Assembly: GCF_006345805.1 (NCBI RefSeq) | Contig: NC_043006.1 | Location: 95,976,001 to 96,040,000 of the forward strand | Source: Octopus sinensis | Taxonomy: Eukaryota | Direction of reading: 5' to 3' | DNA: 64,000 bases | In this document: one piece after another, positions 15,765-28,028 of the stretch | How the letters are laid out: the number at the start of each line of letters is the position of its first letter | Numbering within the stretch: the first letter of the stretch is position 1 | Notes under the pieces: generated by a model | What the model saw: the letters and a program-made list of their open reading frames with translations, nothing else | Told to the model about the DNA's origin: nothing | Databases searched by the model: none | Made by a program: the position numbers and the translations under genes

Positions 15765-16050
15765 CGCAGGAGTGGCTGTGTGGTAAGTAGCTTGCTTAAC
15801 AACCACATCGTTCCGGGTTCAGTCCCACTGCGTGGCACCTTGGGCATGCGTGGCACCTTGGGCAAGCGTCTTCTACTATAGCCTCGGGCCGACTAAAGTC
15901 TTGTGAGTGAATTTGGTAGACGAAAACTGAAAGATGCCCGTCGTACGTTTGTGCGTGTGTCTGTGTGTATTTGTGCGTCTGTGTTTATCCCCCGCACATC
16001 GCTTGTTTATGTCCCTGTAACTTAGTGGCTCAGCAAAAGACACCGATAGA
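15765..16050 (+). mobile_element. SINE family A, internally deleted
   Basis: Near-consensus head gcaggagtggctgtgtggtaagtagcttgc, with a small duplication of cgtggcaccttgggca. Confidence 0.85.
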
Positions 16051-16074
16051 ATATATATTCTATATATAGATAGA

Positions 16075-16132
<58 letters not shown>

Positions 16133-16259
16133 TTATATATAGAGGGCATTATTATACATACATGCCACACGCTAAGAGGGACAAAATTAGTCATTTCTAC
16201 CAAAAATTTTACTAATCCCACCGAATGCAATTTTTCAAAGTAAGACATTTAAAAATATA

Positions 16260-16306
16260 GACTTGTATCACCTGTGATTTCATACCTCTGTATTCATCAG
16301 CAAGCC
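16260..16306 (-). ncRNA. Minimal type I hammerhead ribozyme
   Basis: Minus strand reads GGCTTG-CTGATGA-ATAC agag GTAT-GAAA-TCAC ag GTGA-TA|CAAGTC: 6-bp stem I, 4-bp stem II, palindromic stem III, AUA triplet. Confidence 0.85.
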
Positions 16307-16707
16307 TGGACGTATCATAAATAAACGACCCTACCTCGTCTAAGCCGAGCAGCTAACTGATCAACATCAACGAAGCACATGGGTGAGTTTACATATATTA
16401 CATCCGGTAAATAAATTAATATGTTCAATAAGAAAGAATTATTTTCGAAATTTTTTCTCTTATGAGGTCTTTCACGCTATCTACCTGATAATTTCTTGTT
16501 AAGTTTTCCTTATTAAGAAGTTGTCCTCAATTGCTATATATATATATAGGGAGACTTCGCAAAAAAACAAAAGACAGGTGGTCTCTGCTCGTCACCATCG
16601 AACTTCTACGGATTATACCTGTCTTCTCTCATCACCAAACGAATTTCTGCTGGACTTTCTACATTTTCACCAGCACCTCTCCTGCCTATGGATTACATTG
16701 GACTCCT

Positions 16708-16759
<52 letters not shown>

Positions 16760-17234
16760 CATCTTGGATTATAAAATATACATAAAACAAGAAGATGAAA
16801 TGCATAGGCCTTAATTGCAAAACAGCAATCCTCCCCGCACAGTTTGAGAGCTGTTTGAATCCTCAGGTGAATTGCTTTGATGGACCTACTGGAGTTGCAC
16901 ATCTATATCCAGTAAAAGAAATGACTCTGCTGCAGATGACATATGGTAGCCGATAACTTTAGAGGAGCTTTGAAATGAAAGTCATGAGGATATTACCCAG
17001 TAGGTATTAAATATACGTGTTTGTTTGTGTGTGTGTGTGTGAACGTGTGCACAAGCTTCAGAAGATTCTACTGTTGTTACCCACGTGATTATTTGTTTGA
17101 ATACGCAAGATAAACGGTGGTGGTGACACAGTCGGAACGCTTTTCAGGATAGTTCTTCTCGAGTAGTGCTGAATTAGTGTGCTATATAACAACGTGTCAA
17201 AAGGACAAAGAGAAAATATGGTTGATGTTTGTTA

Positions 17235-17570
17235 GGGGGGGGGGGTGAAGAAGTTCGCTTTCGAACCGGTTCGTTTTGGGTTCATTGCCACTGCGTGGCA
17301 CCTTGTGCGAGTGTCTTGTAATATATCTCAGGCTGACTAATGCCTTGCGAAGGAATTTGACTGGTGGAAGCTGTGGAAGCCCTTCATATATACGTGCGTT
17401 TGTGTTTTGTGTGCGTGTATGTGTGTGTCCATTTATGTGTCTCCCAGTGTGCCGCTCTTTGTCTATCACTGCCGCCCCACCCACCGATTCATAGCCAGTG
17501 CTGGTTCGTGTCCCCGTCAACCTAGCAGTTCAGCGAAAGATACAAACCGACACAAGCAGCAGTTTTGGAA
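17235..17570 (+). mobile_element. SINE family A, diverged
   Basis: ccactgcgtggcaccttg... head and tail similarity. Confidence 0.65.
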
Positions 17571-18510
17571 AAAACACTAAGTACTTGTGTGTATTTATTC
17601 GCATAAAACCTTCAATGTGGTGCTGCAGCGTAGTCTTATGTTTCAAACGAGTAAAAATAAAATGAAACCGAAAATGTTTAAATTTCTTCATCAAAAGTTC
17701 ATCGTAATCGTTATTCATTTACATAAATGAAAGAAAACAATATAAAATTCCTTATAAAAAATACCAGTCATAAATATATTAAAATGTTAATGAGTATCAT
17801 TTGTTATGGCATTTACATGGATTTAATAAGTTTTCTCACGGATGCCAATCAACCCAGATAATTTAAAATTGCTAATAGGCCGTAAGAAATTAAATATTTT
17901 AGATTTTAGCTTTTCTTTCTTTTTCAAATTTGTACACGGCAAATCATAAATTCGTAAATGATGTTTAAAATATGTATTGAAGTTGAAAACTGAATCAATA
18001 TGTATTCAATATAGATGTATGGCGCGGGGATAACTGCTTCATTTAGTTCAGCATGTAACCACGAGATTTCAGACTGAATCTCACTGCGGGACAACATGAC
18101 CGAGTGTCTTCTACCATACACCAAGGGCAACCAATGATTTGTGAGGGAAAGTTGTTGAGGGAAACTATGTCGAAATTTATTGTATATGTATAAATATATG
18201 TATACATATATGTATGTGTGTGTGTGTGTGTGTACAATGAAACGTACGTAGATTTTTTTACTTGATTATTTTTTAATTGATTATTCATTTTTATACATTT
18301 TGTGATTAGTTATATGTTTTCTAAGAATATATTTTATTTGTTATTTACGTTTTGGTTTATGTCTATCATTGTTTGAATTGCATAATAGTGATTTTATCTC
18401 TAATTTATATTTTATATGTATATATTGTAAAATTTGATTTAATAATAAATTGAATTTTTAGCTGTAAGTTTTGAGTTATACTACCTATTTTTATTATTAT
18501 TATTATTATT

Positions 18511-18822
18511 CAGTAGTTTTATTTTTATAGCGTGCTTTCACTTCACTACCGAGCGCAGCTCTGTGTGCCTTGGGTATGTGCTGTGATTTGTTGTGATGCT
18601 CTGATGGTTATTGTATGGAAAGTGCTCTGCGTAGGATGTGTGCAGTGCCTAGTAGTGCAATTTTCTGTATGATATATGTGTTTGTAAGTCCTGGTGTTTT
18701 TGTTATGTATTTGTCTGAATATTTTTTATCATGCCTAATGCACCTACTATGATAGGAATTGTTTCTGTTTTCAGATTCCACATTCTAGTTACCTCTATTT
18801 CCAGGTCTTTGTATTTTGAGAG

Positions 18823-18826
<4 letters not shown>
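18511..18826 (-). mobile_element. R4/Dong-like LINE 3' end in (TAA)n
   Basis: Minus strand translates [31 protein letters not shown]...QKIALLGTAHILRRALSIQ*, then a 3' UTR; (TTA)n on both sides. Confidence 0.85.
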
Positions 18827-18899
<73 letters not shown>

Positions 18900-19431
18900 T
18901 ATTATTATTATTATTATTATATTATTATTATTTTTATTTTTATTATTATTATTATTATTATATTATTATTATCATCATTATTATTATTATTATTATTATT
19001 ATATTATTATTATTTTATTATTATTATTATTATTATTATTATCATTATCATGTATGTGTGTCTGTGTATGTGTGTGTGTGTGTGGGTGTGTGTGGGTGTG
19101 TGTAGGAGGTTGAAAAGGAACATACGTGTATCGTGAAGACCATTTTAGTACCGGTTTCAGGCAGTAAAGCAAAACAAACAAATAAATTGTGGAAAAAATA
19201 ATTAAATGTTTTTTTTAATATTTCAATAGTTTTTAAATGCAAGGAACATCTTCTTTTTTTCTATCTGTATCTGTCTATCTTTTTCACGATGTGTTACCGC
19301 TACTGTTTATAACTCGCTCTGAGATTTATCATTGTTTGATTTCACTTTTTCAATATCAGTGTCAAATCGACACTGGAAAAAGTATATGTATTTGTGAAGG
19401 GACCTGACTTCTCATCGACAACCATGATTGT

Positions 19432-19476
19432 CACACGCTGATGAAAGGTAAACACATTGAAACTCGGGTACGTGTG
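19432..19476 (+). ncRNA. Type I hammerhead ribozyme
   Basis: CACACG-CTGATGA-AAGGT aaac ACATT-GAAA-CTCGGG-TA|CGTGTG: 6-bp stem I, one mismatch in stem II, self-complementary stem III ACUCGGGU, GUA triplet after 19470. Confidence 0.8.
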
Positions 19477-19635
19477 TATCATGTGTTGAAGACGGGGAGG
19501 ATGACTCCCCTTCACAAATACTGACAGGACACGGATAGTGTGTCTAAGGCCAGCTGGAGGAGATATCTTCCTAGGGCTACAAACTACAGTAGCATCCACC
19601 CTTATGGGTTAGCCATATTTAAATGGCATATGTGC

Positions 19636-19728
<93 letters not shown>

Positions 19729-20279
19729 TTTAATAAAAAGCACCAAAATTTATCAGAAAAACTCTTACTGAGTAACAGTTTTTGTGATCTATTTGTTGCT
19801 TTTTAATGATGCATATTACTCTACCTCTGGCATTCGAGTACAATTTTTTCCACCTTGTTTCGCATTTATGTGCTTACTCTGGTATACGTATATATATATA
19901 TATATATATATAATGAATAGATAGCGATGAATTATCAAGACGGGTATCCTACGAGCACTCAGGCACTCAGCAATCCGTATCGTAGGAGCGCCTAGGATTA
20001 CTTAAGGTAACCAGTCAGTCCCACTGTAATACTTCCGGTGGGTGAATTCTGGGATCACTTCGCTAGATTATGAATATTTAAATGAGTGCATATCCAAGAC
20101 AGTTATAACGAATAGGGATATTAGTACATCGGAATAATTTGCTTTTAATTTTTACAGTCATTTGGTTTAAATTTGTTCGACGCAGGTTTCAGTTGCATAG
20201 AAAACTAGCAAGTGGATTTGCGTTTTGCTGCGTTCGATTTGTTAGCAGCCCGTGTAACTTTATTGAAGGTCCGTCGGGG

Positions 20280-20610
20280 CGAAGGTGTGGTTCCGGTTTC
20301 AGTCCTAATGCGTGGCATCGCAAGCAAGTTCCTCCTATTACAGCCCCGGGCCAACCGAAGTCTTATGATTGGAATTGGTTAACAGAAACTGAATGTATGG
20401 GGGTGTACTTTTGTGTATATATTTGTCGCCCGCAACCGCTTGACGACCGGTGTTTGTATGTTTACATCCTCGTAACATCGATGGTTCGGCAAAATCGTGC
20501 GATAGAATAAACACTATGGATTGGAAAATAATCACTGAGGTCGATTCGTTCATGAAAATTCCTTCAAGGCGGTGCTCCAGTATGACCGCAATCTAACGAC
20601 TAAAATGAGA
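20280..20610 (+). mobile_element. SINE family A, diverged
   Basis: Head and tail similarity (aaggcggtgctccagtatgaccgc). Confidence 0.65.
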
Positions 20611-20629
20611 AACGGATAATAAATGTATA

Positions 20630-20660
<31 letters not shown>

Positions 20661-21059
20661 TGTGTGTGTGTGTGTGTGCGTGTGTGAGTGTGTGTGTGCG
20701 TGTGACAGAGAGACAGACAGTAAATAAACGATCCTAAAAAAATAATTGCTGAAAATAGTAATTGAGATTTGGTGATCTGATGAGCTAGGCGCCTTTTTTG
20801 GCATTCGTTTTTCATCATGAAATTGTTTTGTATAACGTTGAGCATCCATAGTTATGCAAACGCGTACGTGTAATTTCTTCCATACTAAAATTGATAACAC
20901 TACATGGAGAAGGTTACAAACCAACAACTGCAATCACATGGAAATCATACGGAAACATAAATCCATCTCCACCTCCCGCACCTCTTGAATCTAAGACTCA
21001 CGTGTGTGGTGTGTGTGGTGTGTGTGTGTAAAGTTTATGACCTCCTTTGTCATCTTACC

Positions 21060-21263
21060 ACATTGTGGAGAGTGGACCTTTGGTTTTGCTTAGGAGTTGG
21101 AAGGAACAATGAACAAAAAAGAAGTATGAGAGGCAACGTGAACCTTGACGTGAGTTCACCTCAAGAGCGCAGAAGGCCGAAACGAAAGCTACAGGGCTTT
21201 TTATCCGAATCTCTAAAAATCCTTTCCAAACGCCGCCTGTGTATAGGAATGGAATACCTATGA
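21060..21263 (+). pseudogene. Possible decayed RTE LINE C-terminus
   Basis: LWFCLGVGR...RRRPKRKL resembles the RTE motif LRWFGHV.R...GRPK..W; weak match. Confidence 0.4.
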
Positions 21264-21449
21264 AGAATATCGATAAATCACATAGTAGTTCTATATACAC
21301 AAAGATATATATTTATATGCCTATCAACACACCCATACACACACACATATATATATAGATATGTGTGTGTATATACATAGATATGTATATGATATCTAAA
21401 TACAAACATATACATATCCACACAGCATGTATAAGTATATAAATATACG

Positions 21450-21486
<37 letters not shown>

Positions 21487-21510
21487 CATGTATAAGTATA
21501 TAAATATACG

Positions 21511-21611
<101 letters not shown>

Positions 21612-21667
21612 TCATGAAAGTTGTGTGTATGCTATTGTGTGTCATATATACATACACGCATTATATA

Positions 21668-21705
<38 letters not shown>

Positions 21706-22319
21706 TCACAAACATACATACACTCACAAACATTAACCAATGCCAATGCGTATTTAGATTCATGTACCTGTAGTCATGTGCTTCGGGAGAACCACGATGG
21801 TTACGCTTGGGTGATATTTTGCGACGGCTCGGAGCGCTCGTATCTGTCATGACATCTGAACGTTTGGACATTTGAAGGAGATAACGTATGCGACATGAAA
21901 TGGCTTATGAATCCATCATACGCTTGGCTTTACAGACTGACCAGGACAGTAAGATACGTGAGCAGATGATATTCTTTCTCAACCAATCATGTGCTTTGAG
22001 CTGACAAATCACGTGATTCTTAGAACTCTGCCTGCAATTCAAACATATTCTGTACTACAGATTTTAATTTTATTCGTGTTTTCATCCTCTCTTTCATTTT
22101 CTTTTGTTTTTGTCTTTCTCCTCTCTCTCTCTCTCTCCCTTCTCTCTCTTTCTTTTTGTTCTTGCCTACACCTTGACATATACACATTCCATGCAATATG
22201 TTTTAATCTATTTAAGTAGCAACAGATACGTCTGTCTATTCTTTTCATCCCATATCTACGTATCAATCAGACCTATCTACGTAGCTATTATTTATCTTGC
22301 CATTTAGTTGTACCTTCAT

Positions 22320-22321
22320 GC

Positions 22322-22401
<80 letters not shown>

Positions 22402-22485
22402 CTGTCTGTCTGTTTGTCTATCTATCGACCGAGTGATCGCTCTATCTATCTATTTGTCTGTCTATCAGTCCAGCTATCTCTCTTT

Positions 22486-22519
<34 letters not shown>

Positions 22520-22780
22520 CTATCTATTTATCTAGCAATTCTTCTATCCGTCGAACTATCTATCCACCTGTCTGTCTGTCTATCTATCAATCCATCTATC
22601 TATCTAGCTAGCTAGCTATCTATCTATCGATCGATCTACCTATCTATGTATCTACCTATCTATTAATCTGTCTAACTGTCTGTCTCTACGTCTAGCTATC
22701 TATCAATCTATATGTTTATCTATCTATGTATCAATCTATCTATCTATTTAGCTATACGTCTCTTAATATCAGCCTATCTG
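22320..22780. repeat. (TATC)n/(TCTG)n compound microsatellite
   Basis: Direct reading of the sequence. Confidence 0.9.
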
Positions 22781-23289
22781 ACTACTTGCCCGTCTCTCTC
22801 CCTCTCTCCTTCTCCGTATGCATCTTTCTATCTCTCTTGCCATCCATCTATCTCTATATAATTTTATCTATGCATCTGATTATCTTCCTATCTAAGTATC
22901 TATATATCGATCTATCTTTCATTTATTCACCATTTATCGGTCTCTCCCTCTGGATATATTTATGGAACAACAGGCTTCTGTCAACATTTCCTATCTACCT
23001 TGGCTTCCTGTCGTATTTTGCGTCTCTTTTTTCTTAAGCTTTCTAAAATCCACTTCATATTGATGTTTTGTCAAGACGAGAGTATTCACGAATATTTCTT
23101 TCGAATATCTACAAACTTTGAAATTTATGTGTTCACATCTATACAAACACACAAGCACGTTTGCCATGCAATTATGGAGATATTTTATATTCTCTGTTAA
23201 TGTACTAGGTTCACCACATTTTCCCACCCTCTCTCATTCCACCTCTCTGTCATACTATATATATATGTGTGTGAATGTGAATGTATATA

Positions 23290-24135
23290 CATATATATTA
23301 TTATGGCTGCCCGCTCGTTATCGGGTATGGCCATTGCACGAAGCTTAACTGTTACTGGTGCTGTGATCGAATGTGACTTTTTAGCCCAGCCAAAGATATA
23401 CAATGTCTTGTACAGAATTGGCAACTAAAACCTTTACCGGTAATAGCCGGCTGTAGTTGTAACTGGGGTTCATGTACCTTTGCATGTCGTTTAAGTCCTC
23501 CTGCCGAATTACACTCTCTTCCACATACCTGACAGATATGATTAGTATGGTGTGTTACACCACCACCTGTGGCCAGGTTGTCACTCATCTGTCTCGCTTT
23601 ATGACTACGAAGATGTCTCTTGAGTCCAGCTTTACTGAGGCAGGGTCTTGCACAGACACTGCATGTCAGCATTATAGGAAGACCCTTCCCATCTGGAAGT
23701 GTAACAGCGATGCCCTTCCTGAAATCCCTCCTTACTTTCTCATGTGCAACTCGAGATTTCTCAAAAGTGGCTGTCCCCTCATGCACAATCCTTCTCCACC
23801 TGCTATGATCAATAGCTATGCCTTCCCATGTGTCAGAAGAGATGTAAGCATCTCTTAAGGAAGCCTTCAGCAAGTCCTTATATCTCTTTTTTGGTTTATG
23901 TGGAGGCCGTTCTCCTTTAGCTAACTCTCCATAAAAGAGTTGTTTTGGCATCCTTGAATCCTTCATCCTGACCAGATGACCACTCCATCTAAGACTTTAC
24001 TTTCACATAAGAGCTTCTATACTTTCACACCGAGAGCCTTCCAATATTTCAAGATCACTGATGCTGTCCTTCAACTTAATGCCATAGATCCGTCTGAGAC
24101 ATATCTGATGGAAACGTTCCAGTTGTTTAAGGTGG
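23290..24135 (-). mobile_element. RTE-clade LINE 3' portion with three C2H2 fingers
   Basis: QLERFHQICLRRIYGI...LRWSGHLVRMKDSRMPKQLFYGEL...KKRYKD with two in-frame stops upstream; three CxxC-x12-HxxxH-type repeats; short 3' UTR. Confidence 0.88.
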
Positions 24136-24430
24136 TATTGATATGTGACCCACGTCTCTCGTCTTTACATATTAATATGTATTTATATACATATGCATAT
24201 AAATACATATAAATATATATAATATATATATATATATATATAATATATATATATATAAATATATGAATGACCTGGAATATATGTATCTATGTACAATATA
24301 TATATATATATATAATATATATATATTTACCAATATATAATAAGAGGTAAAATTAATTAATTAATTAATAATTATTAATTTTACCAAGTAGTTTGGTATG
24401 TTAAAAGAACCATTATCGGTAAACTTATTC

Positions 24431-24612
24431 AAAAATTCTACAATATTGAGCATAATCATAATTAGGGTTCAGCAAAATTTGCTTCACCACATACTACCAT
24501 AAGATATCTCCCAGTAGAACAGTATTTTAACTGCTATTTCTAAATTTCTGTATGTGGTGAAGCAAATTTTGCTGAACCCTAATTATGATTATGCGCATAA
24601 TTATAGAATTTT
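24431..24612. repeat. Foldback (~62-bp arms) of a relative of the 561-bp HHR repeat
   Basis: cataatcataattagggttcagcaaaatttgcttcaccacatac is inverted at 24551-24612; adjacent 24330-24430 (minus) resembles the array unit. Confidence 0.8.
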
Positions 24613-24812
24613 TGTGTATATATATATGAGTGTGTGTGTATGTATGTATGTATGTATGTATGTATGTATGTATGTATATATATATACATAGATCTCATTC
24701 GTATTTTTGGATTCGCTAGTGCTGGGTGTCTGGCATGGTTTGTCCGATGTTACAGATATCGGACGGGTATGTTTGATTCTTAGTATTTTCAAATCTAAAT
24801 CAGAAGAAATCT

Positions 24813-24872
24813 CTGAGCTGATGAAGGAAAAGTGGCGTTTTACCCACAAATCCAGAAACAGACTGTCCTCGG
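24813..24872 (+). ncRNA. Type I hammerhead ribozyme, array copy 1
   Basis: CTGAG-CTGATGA-A GGA aaa GTGG cgttttac CCAC aaa TCC A-GAAA-CAG a CTG-TC|CTCGG; GUC triplet after 24867; A.A mismatch at the base of stem II. Confidence 0.75.
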
Positions 24873-25373
24873 GTATCGTATATGGATGTGATCTTTCATT
24901 GTTTTTCCCTTATACCTATGTGAGTTATTTTCTGAGTATGCATTGTCTGGAGACTTTTATTTGCAGTTGAAGAAATAGCCAAATTTTTGGCTGCTATTTC
25001 TGAAAAGTTCGGTGTGTGGTAAAGTGAATTTTTTTACTTTACCATATTTTTATAAATTAATACTTCAAATATACCGTAAATGGTCTTTACATACCGAATA
25101 CTGCTTGGTCGAATTTATTAACAATTAATTCATTCTACCCCCTTTTTTGATGACAATATAATGCTTTATCTCCAAGAATTTGAACTGCAGTTTTTACCTC
25201 TGTAGAAATGTAATGCTCCATGACTCACGTGGGTGGACAGGGAGAATAATAGATCTCATTCGTATTTTTGGATTCGCTAGTACTGGGTGTCTGGCATGGT
25301 TTGTCCGATGTTACAGATATCGGACGGGTATGTTTGATTCTTAGTATTTTCAAATCTAAATCAGAAGAAATCT

Positions 25374-25433
25374 CTGAGCTGATGAAGGAAAAGTGGCGTT
25401 TTACCCACAAATCCAGAAACAGACTGTCCTCGG
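25374..25433 (+). ncRNA. Type I hammerhead ribozyme, array copy 2
   Basis: Identical motif; GUC at 25426-28. Confidence 0.75.
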
Positions 25434-25935
25434 GTATCGTATATGGATGTGATCTTTCATTGTTTTTCCCTTATACCTATGTGAGTTATTTTCTGAGTAT
25501 GCATTGTCTGGAGACTTTTATTTGCAGTTGAAGAAATAGCCAAATTTTTGGCTGCTATTTCTGAAAAGTTCGGTGTGTGGTAAAGTGAATTTTTTTACTT
25601 ACCATATTTTTATAAATTAATACTTCAAATATACCGTAAATGGTCTTTACATACCGAATACTGCTTGGTCGAATTTATTAACAATTAATTCATTCTACCC
25701 CCTTTTTGATGACAATATAATGCTTTATCTCCAAGAATTTGAACTGCAGTTTTTACCTCTGTAGAAATGTAATGCTCCATGACTCACGTGGGTGGACAGG
25801 GAGAATAATAGATCTCATTCGTATTTTTGGATTCGCTAGTACTGGGTGTCTGGCATGGTTTGTCCGATGTTACAGATATCGGACGGGTATGTTGTTTGAT
25901 TCTTAGTATTTTCAAATCTAAATCAGAAGAAATCT

Positions 25936-25995
25936 CTGAGCTGATGAAGGAAAAGTGGCGTTTTACCCACAAATCCAGAAACAGACTGCCCTCGG
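25936..25995 (+). ncRNA. Hammerhead, array copy 3, cleavage triplet mutated
   Basis: GUC is GCC at 25988-90 (U16.1 to C), predicted inactive. Confidence 0.7.
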
Positions 25996-26495
25996 GTATC
26001 GCATATGGATGTGATCTTTCATTGTTTTTCCCTTATACCTATGTGAGTTATTTTCTGAGTATGCATTGTCTGGAGACTTTTATTTGCAGTTGAAGAAATA
26101 GCCAAATTTTTGGCTGCTATTTCTGAAAAGTTCGGTGTGTGGTAAAGTGAATTTTTTTACTTTACCATATTTTTATAAATTAATACTTCAAATATACCGT
26201 AAATGGTCTTTACATACCGAATACTGCTTGGTCGAATTTATTAACAATTAATTAATTCTACCCCCTTTTTTATAACAATATAATGCTTTATCTCCAAGAA
26301 TTTGAACTGCAGTTTTTACCTCTGTAGAAATGTAATGCTCCATGACTCACGTGGGTGGACAGGGAGAATAATAGATCTCATTCGTATTTTTGGATTCGCT
26401 AGTACTGGGTGTCTGGCATGGTTTGTCCGATGTTACAGATATCGGACGGGTATGTTTGATTCTTAGTATTTTCAAATCTAAATCAGAAGAAATCT

Positions 26496-26555
26496 CTGAG
26501 CTGATGAAGGAAAAGTGGCGTTTTACCCACAAATCCGGAAACAGACTGTCCTCGG
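26496..26555 (+). ncRNA. Type I hammerhead ribozyme, array copy 4
   Basis: Same motif with TCCG-GAAA instead of TCCA-GAAA; GUC at 26548-50. Confidence 0.75.
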
Positions 26556-26759
26556 GTATCGTATATGGATGTGATCTTTCATTGTTTTTCCCTTATACCT
26601 ATGTGAGTTATTTTCTGAGTATGCATTGTCTGGAGACTTTTATTTGCAGTTGAAGAAATAGCCAAATTTTTGGCTGCTATTTCTGAAAAGTTCGGTGTGT
26701 GGTAAAGTGAATTTTTTTACTTTACCAAATTTTTATAAATTAATACTATATATACATAC

Positions 26760-26825
<66 letters not shown>

Positions 26826-27029
26826 CACACAAATGTGTGGTGTTTATTTCACAAGTGATCTAAACGATTATTTACATTGATAAGTGCTGTAACGGATTAT
26901 TAGGGTTCCAAGGTTTTAGGCGAGACAGTAGTAATGGAGCCATTGCAGATTTCCGATGTAGCGGATATATAATTGTTAAAAAGGACCACAAATATAAGGC
27001 AAGATAAGCATTTTAAGTCGTATACAATA

Positions 27030-28006
27030 TTATTATTAATGGAAAAAATTCAAAGTTTTACAGCTGTTTCTGGGATATTCTTGAGTATGGGATATTCCGT
27101 CATCAGCTCCGTGGTAGATGTCGGACCAAGATGGATAATGATGAGCTGGAACGTGTAGTGGATACATCTCAAACTACGCGTGAGTCATCAGGAATGTTTA
27201 ATGTCGCGGTTCCAACTGCGTTTGTTCCAACTGAAACAAACAAGCAAAGTAAAGAAGCTGGACAAGAGGCTACCACACGAACTGAATGAGTATTAAATGA
27301 CATGTCGTCTTGAAACTTGTTCTTCTTTGCTGTCACGGCACAAAAGCGAACCATTCTTACATCGCATTGTTACGTGTGATGAAAAATGGTTTCTTTTCAA
27401 CGATCGCAAGGGTTCAGCACGGTGATTGGAGAGAGACGAAATGCCAAAACCCAATCCAATTAAGATTATTCCCCAAAGAGATCTAATAGTGTATGTTTGG
27501 TGGTCCAGCTCTGGTGTCATCCAGTACAGCTTTATGAGACCTGGTAAGTCAATTACAGCATCATGAGATACATCAACCAACTGGATGAAATGATGAATGA
27601 TCTTGCAATTAAACAAACGTAGTTGGTCAATAGAGACAGGCCATTTCTCTTTGAAGAAAATGCTTGACCACGTGTTGCACAAAGAACGCTACTCAAGTTA
27701 CAGGAACTGAACTTGGAAGTTCTCTGTCATCCACCATATTCACCAGAGCTTCCACTAACTCACTATCACGTTTTCCAGGCATTAGACAAATTGTTGCAAA
27801 GAAAATGCCAAAACAACCTTTCGTGATTTCATCAATTCTTGCTCTCCAAAATCCTTCACTACAAGCCTAAATACGCTACCAATAAAATGGCAAAATTGTG
27901 TTGATAATGTAGGTGCATACTCTGATTAACTGCATTGATTTTTTGTTGGGATAAAGTAAAATAAACTTTCAGTTCAAAATGGGACATTTCATTTTAAATG
28001 ACATTA
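27030..28006 (+). mobile_element. Decayed mariner transposon (right end retained)
   Basis: Fragments RGR..DNDEL..TTRE and HRIVTCDEKWFLFNDRK...VYVWWSSSGVIQY, then HPPYSP-like sequence; no matching left TIR found. Confidence 0.8.
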
Positions 28007-28028
28007 TATTTTTTAATCTTATATCTAA

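Larger units (their letters stand above)
24688..26747 (+). repeat. Head-to-tail array, ~3.7 units of 560-562 bp, each carrying an HHR
   Basis: CTGATGA cores start at 24818, 25379, 25941 and 26501; units are nearly identical; flanked by (TA)n/(TATG)n. Confidence 0.95.

Noticed and set aside
24707-26653. 87-aa ORF repeated four times (MDSLVLGVWH...)
   Set aside because: TTG start, no recognisable domain, and preserved only because the units are nearly identical; the diverged homologue at 40 kb gives no matching ORF in the track.
24688-26747. CRISPR-like interpretation of the array
   Set aside because: Whole ~561-bp units repeat, with no unique spacers or cas genes; the context is eukaryotic.
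27050-27115. Minus-strand CTGATGA...GAAACAGCTGTA resembling an HHR
   Set aside because: Stem I does not pair, the stem II base is mismatched, and the plus strand reads as decayed mariner transposase.
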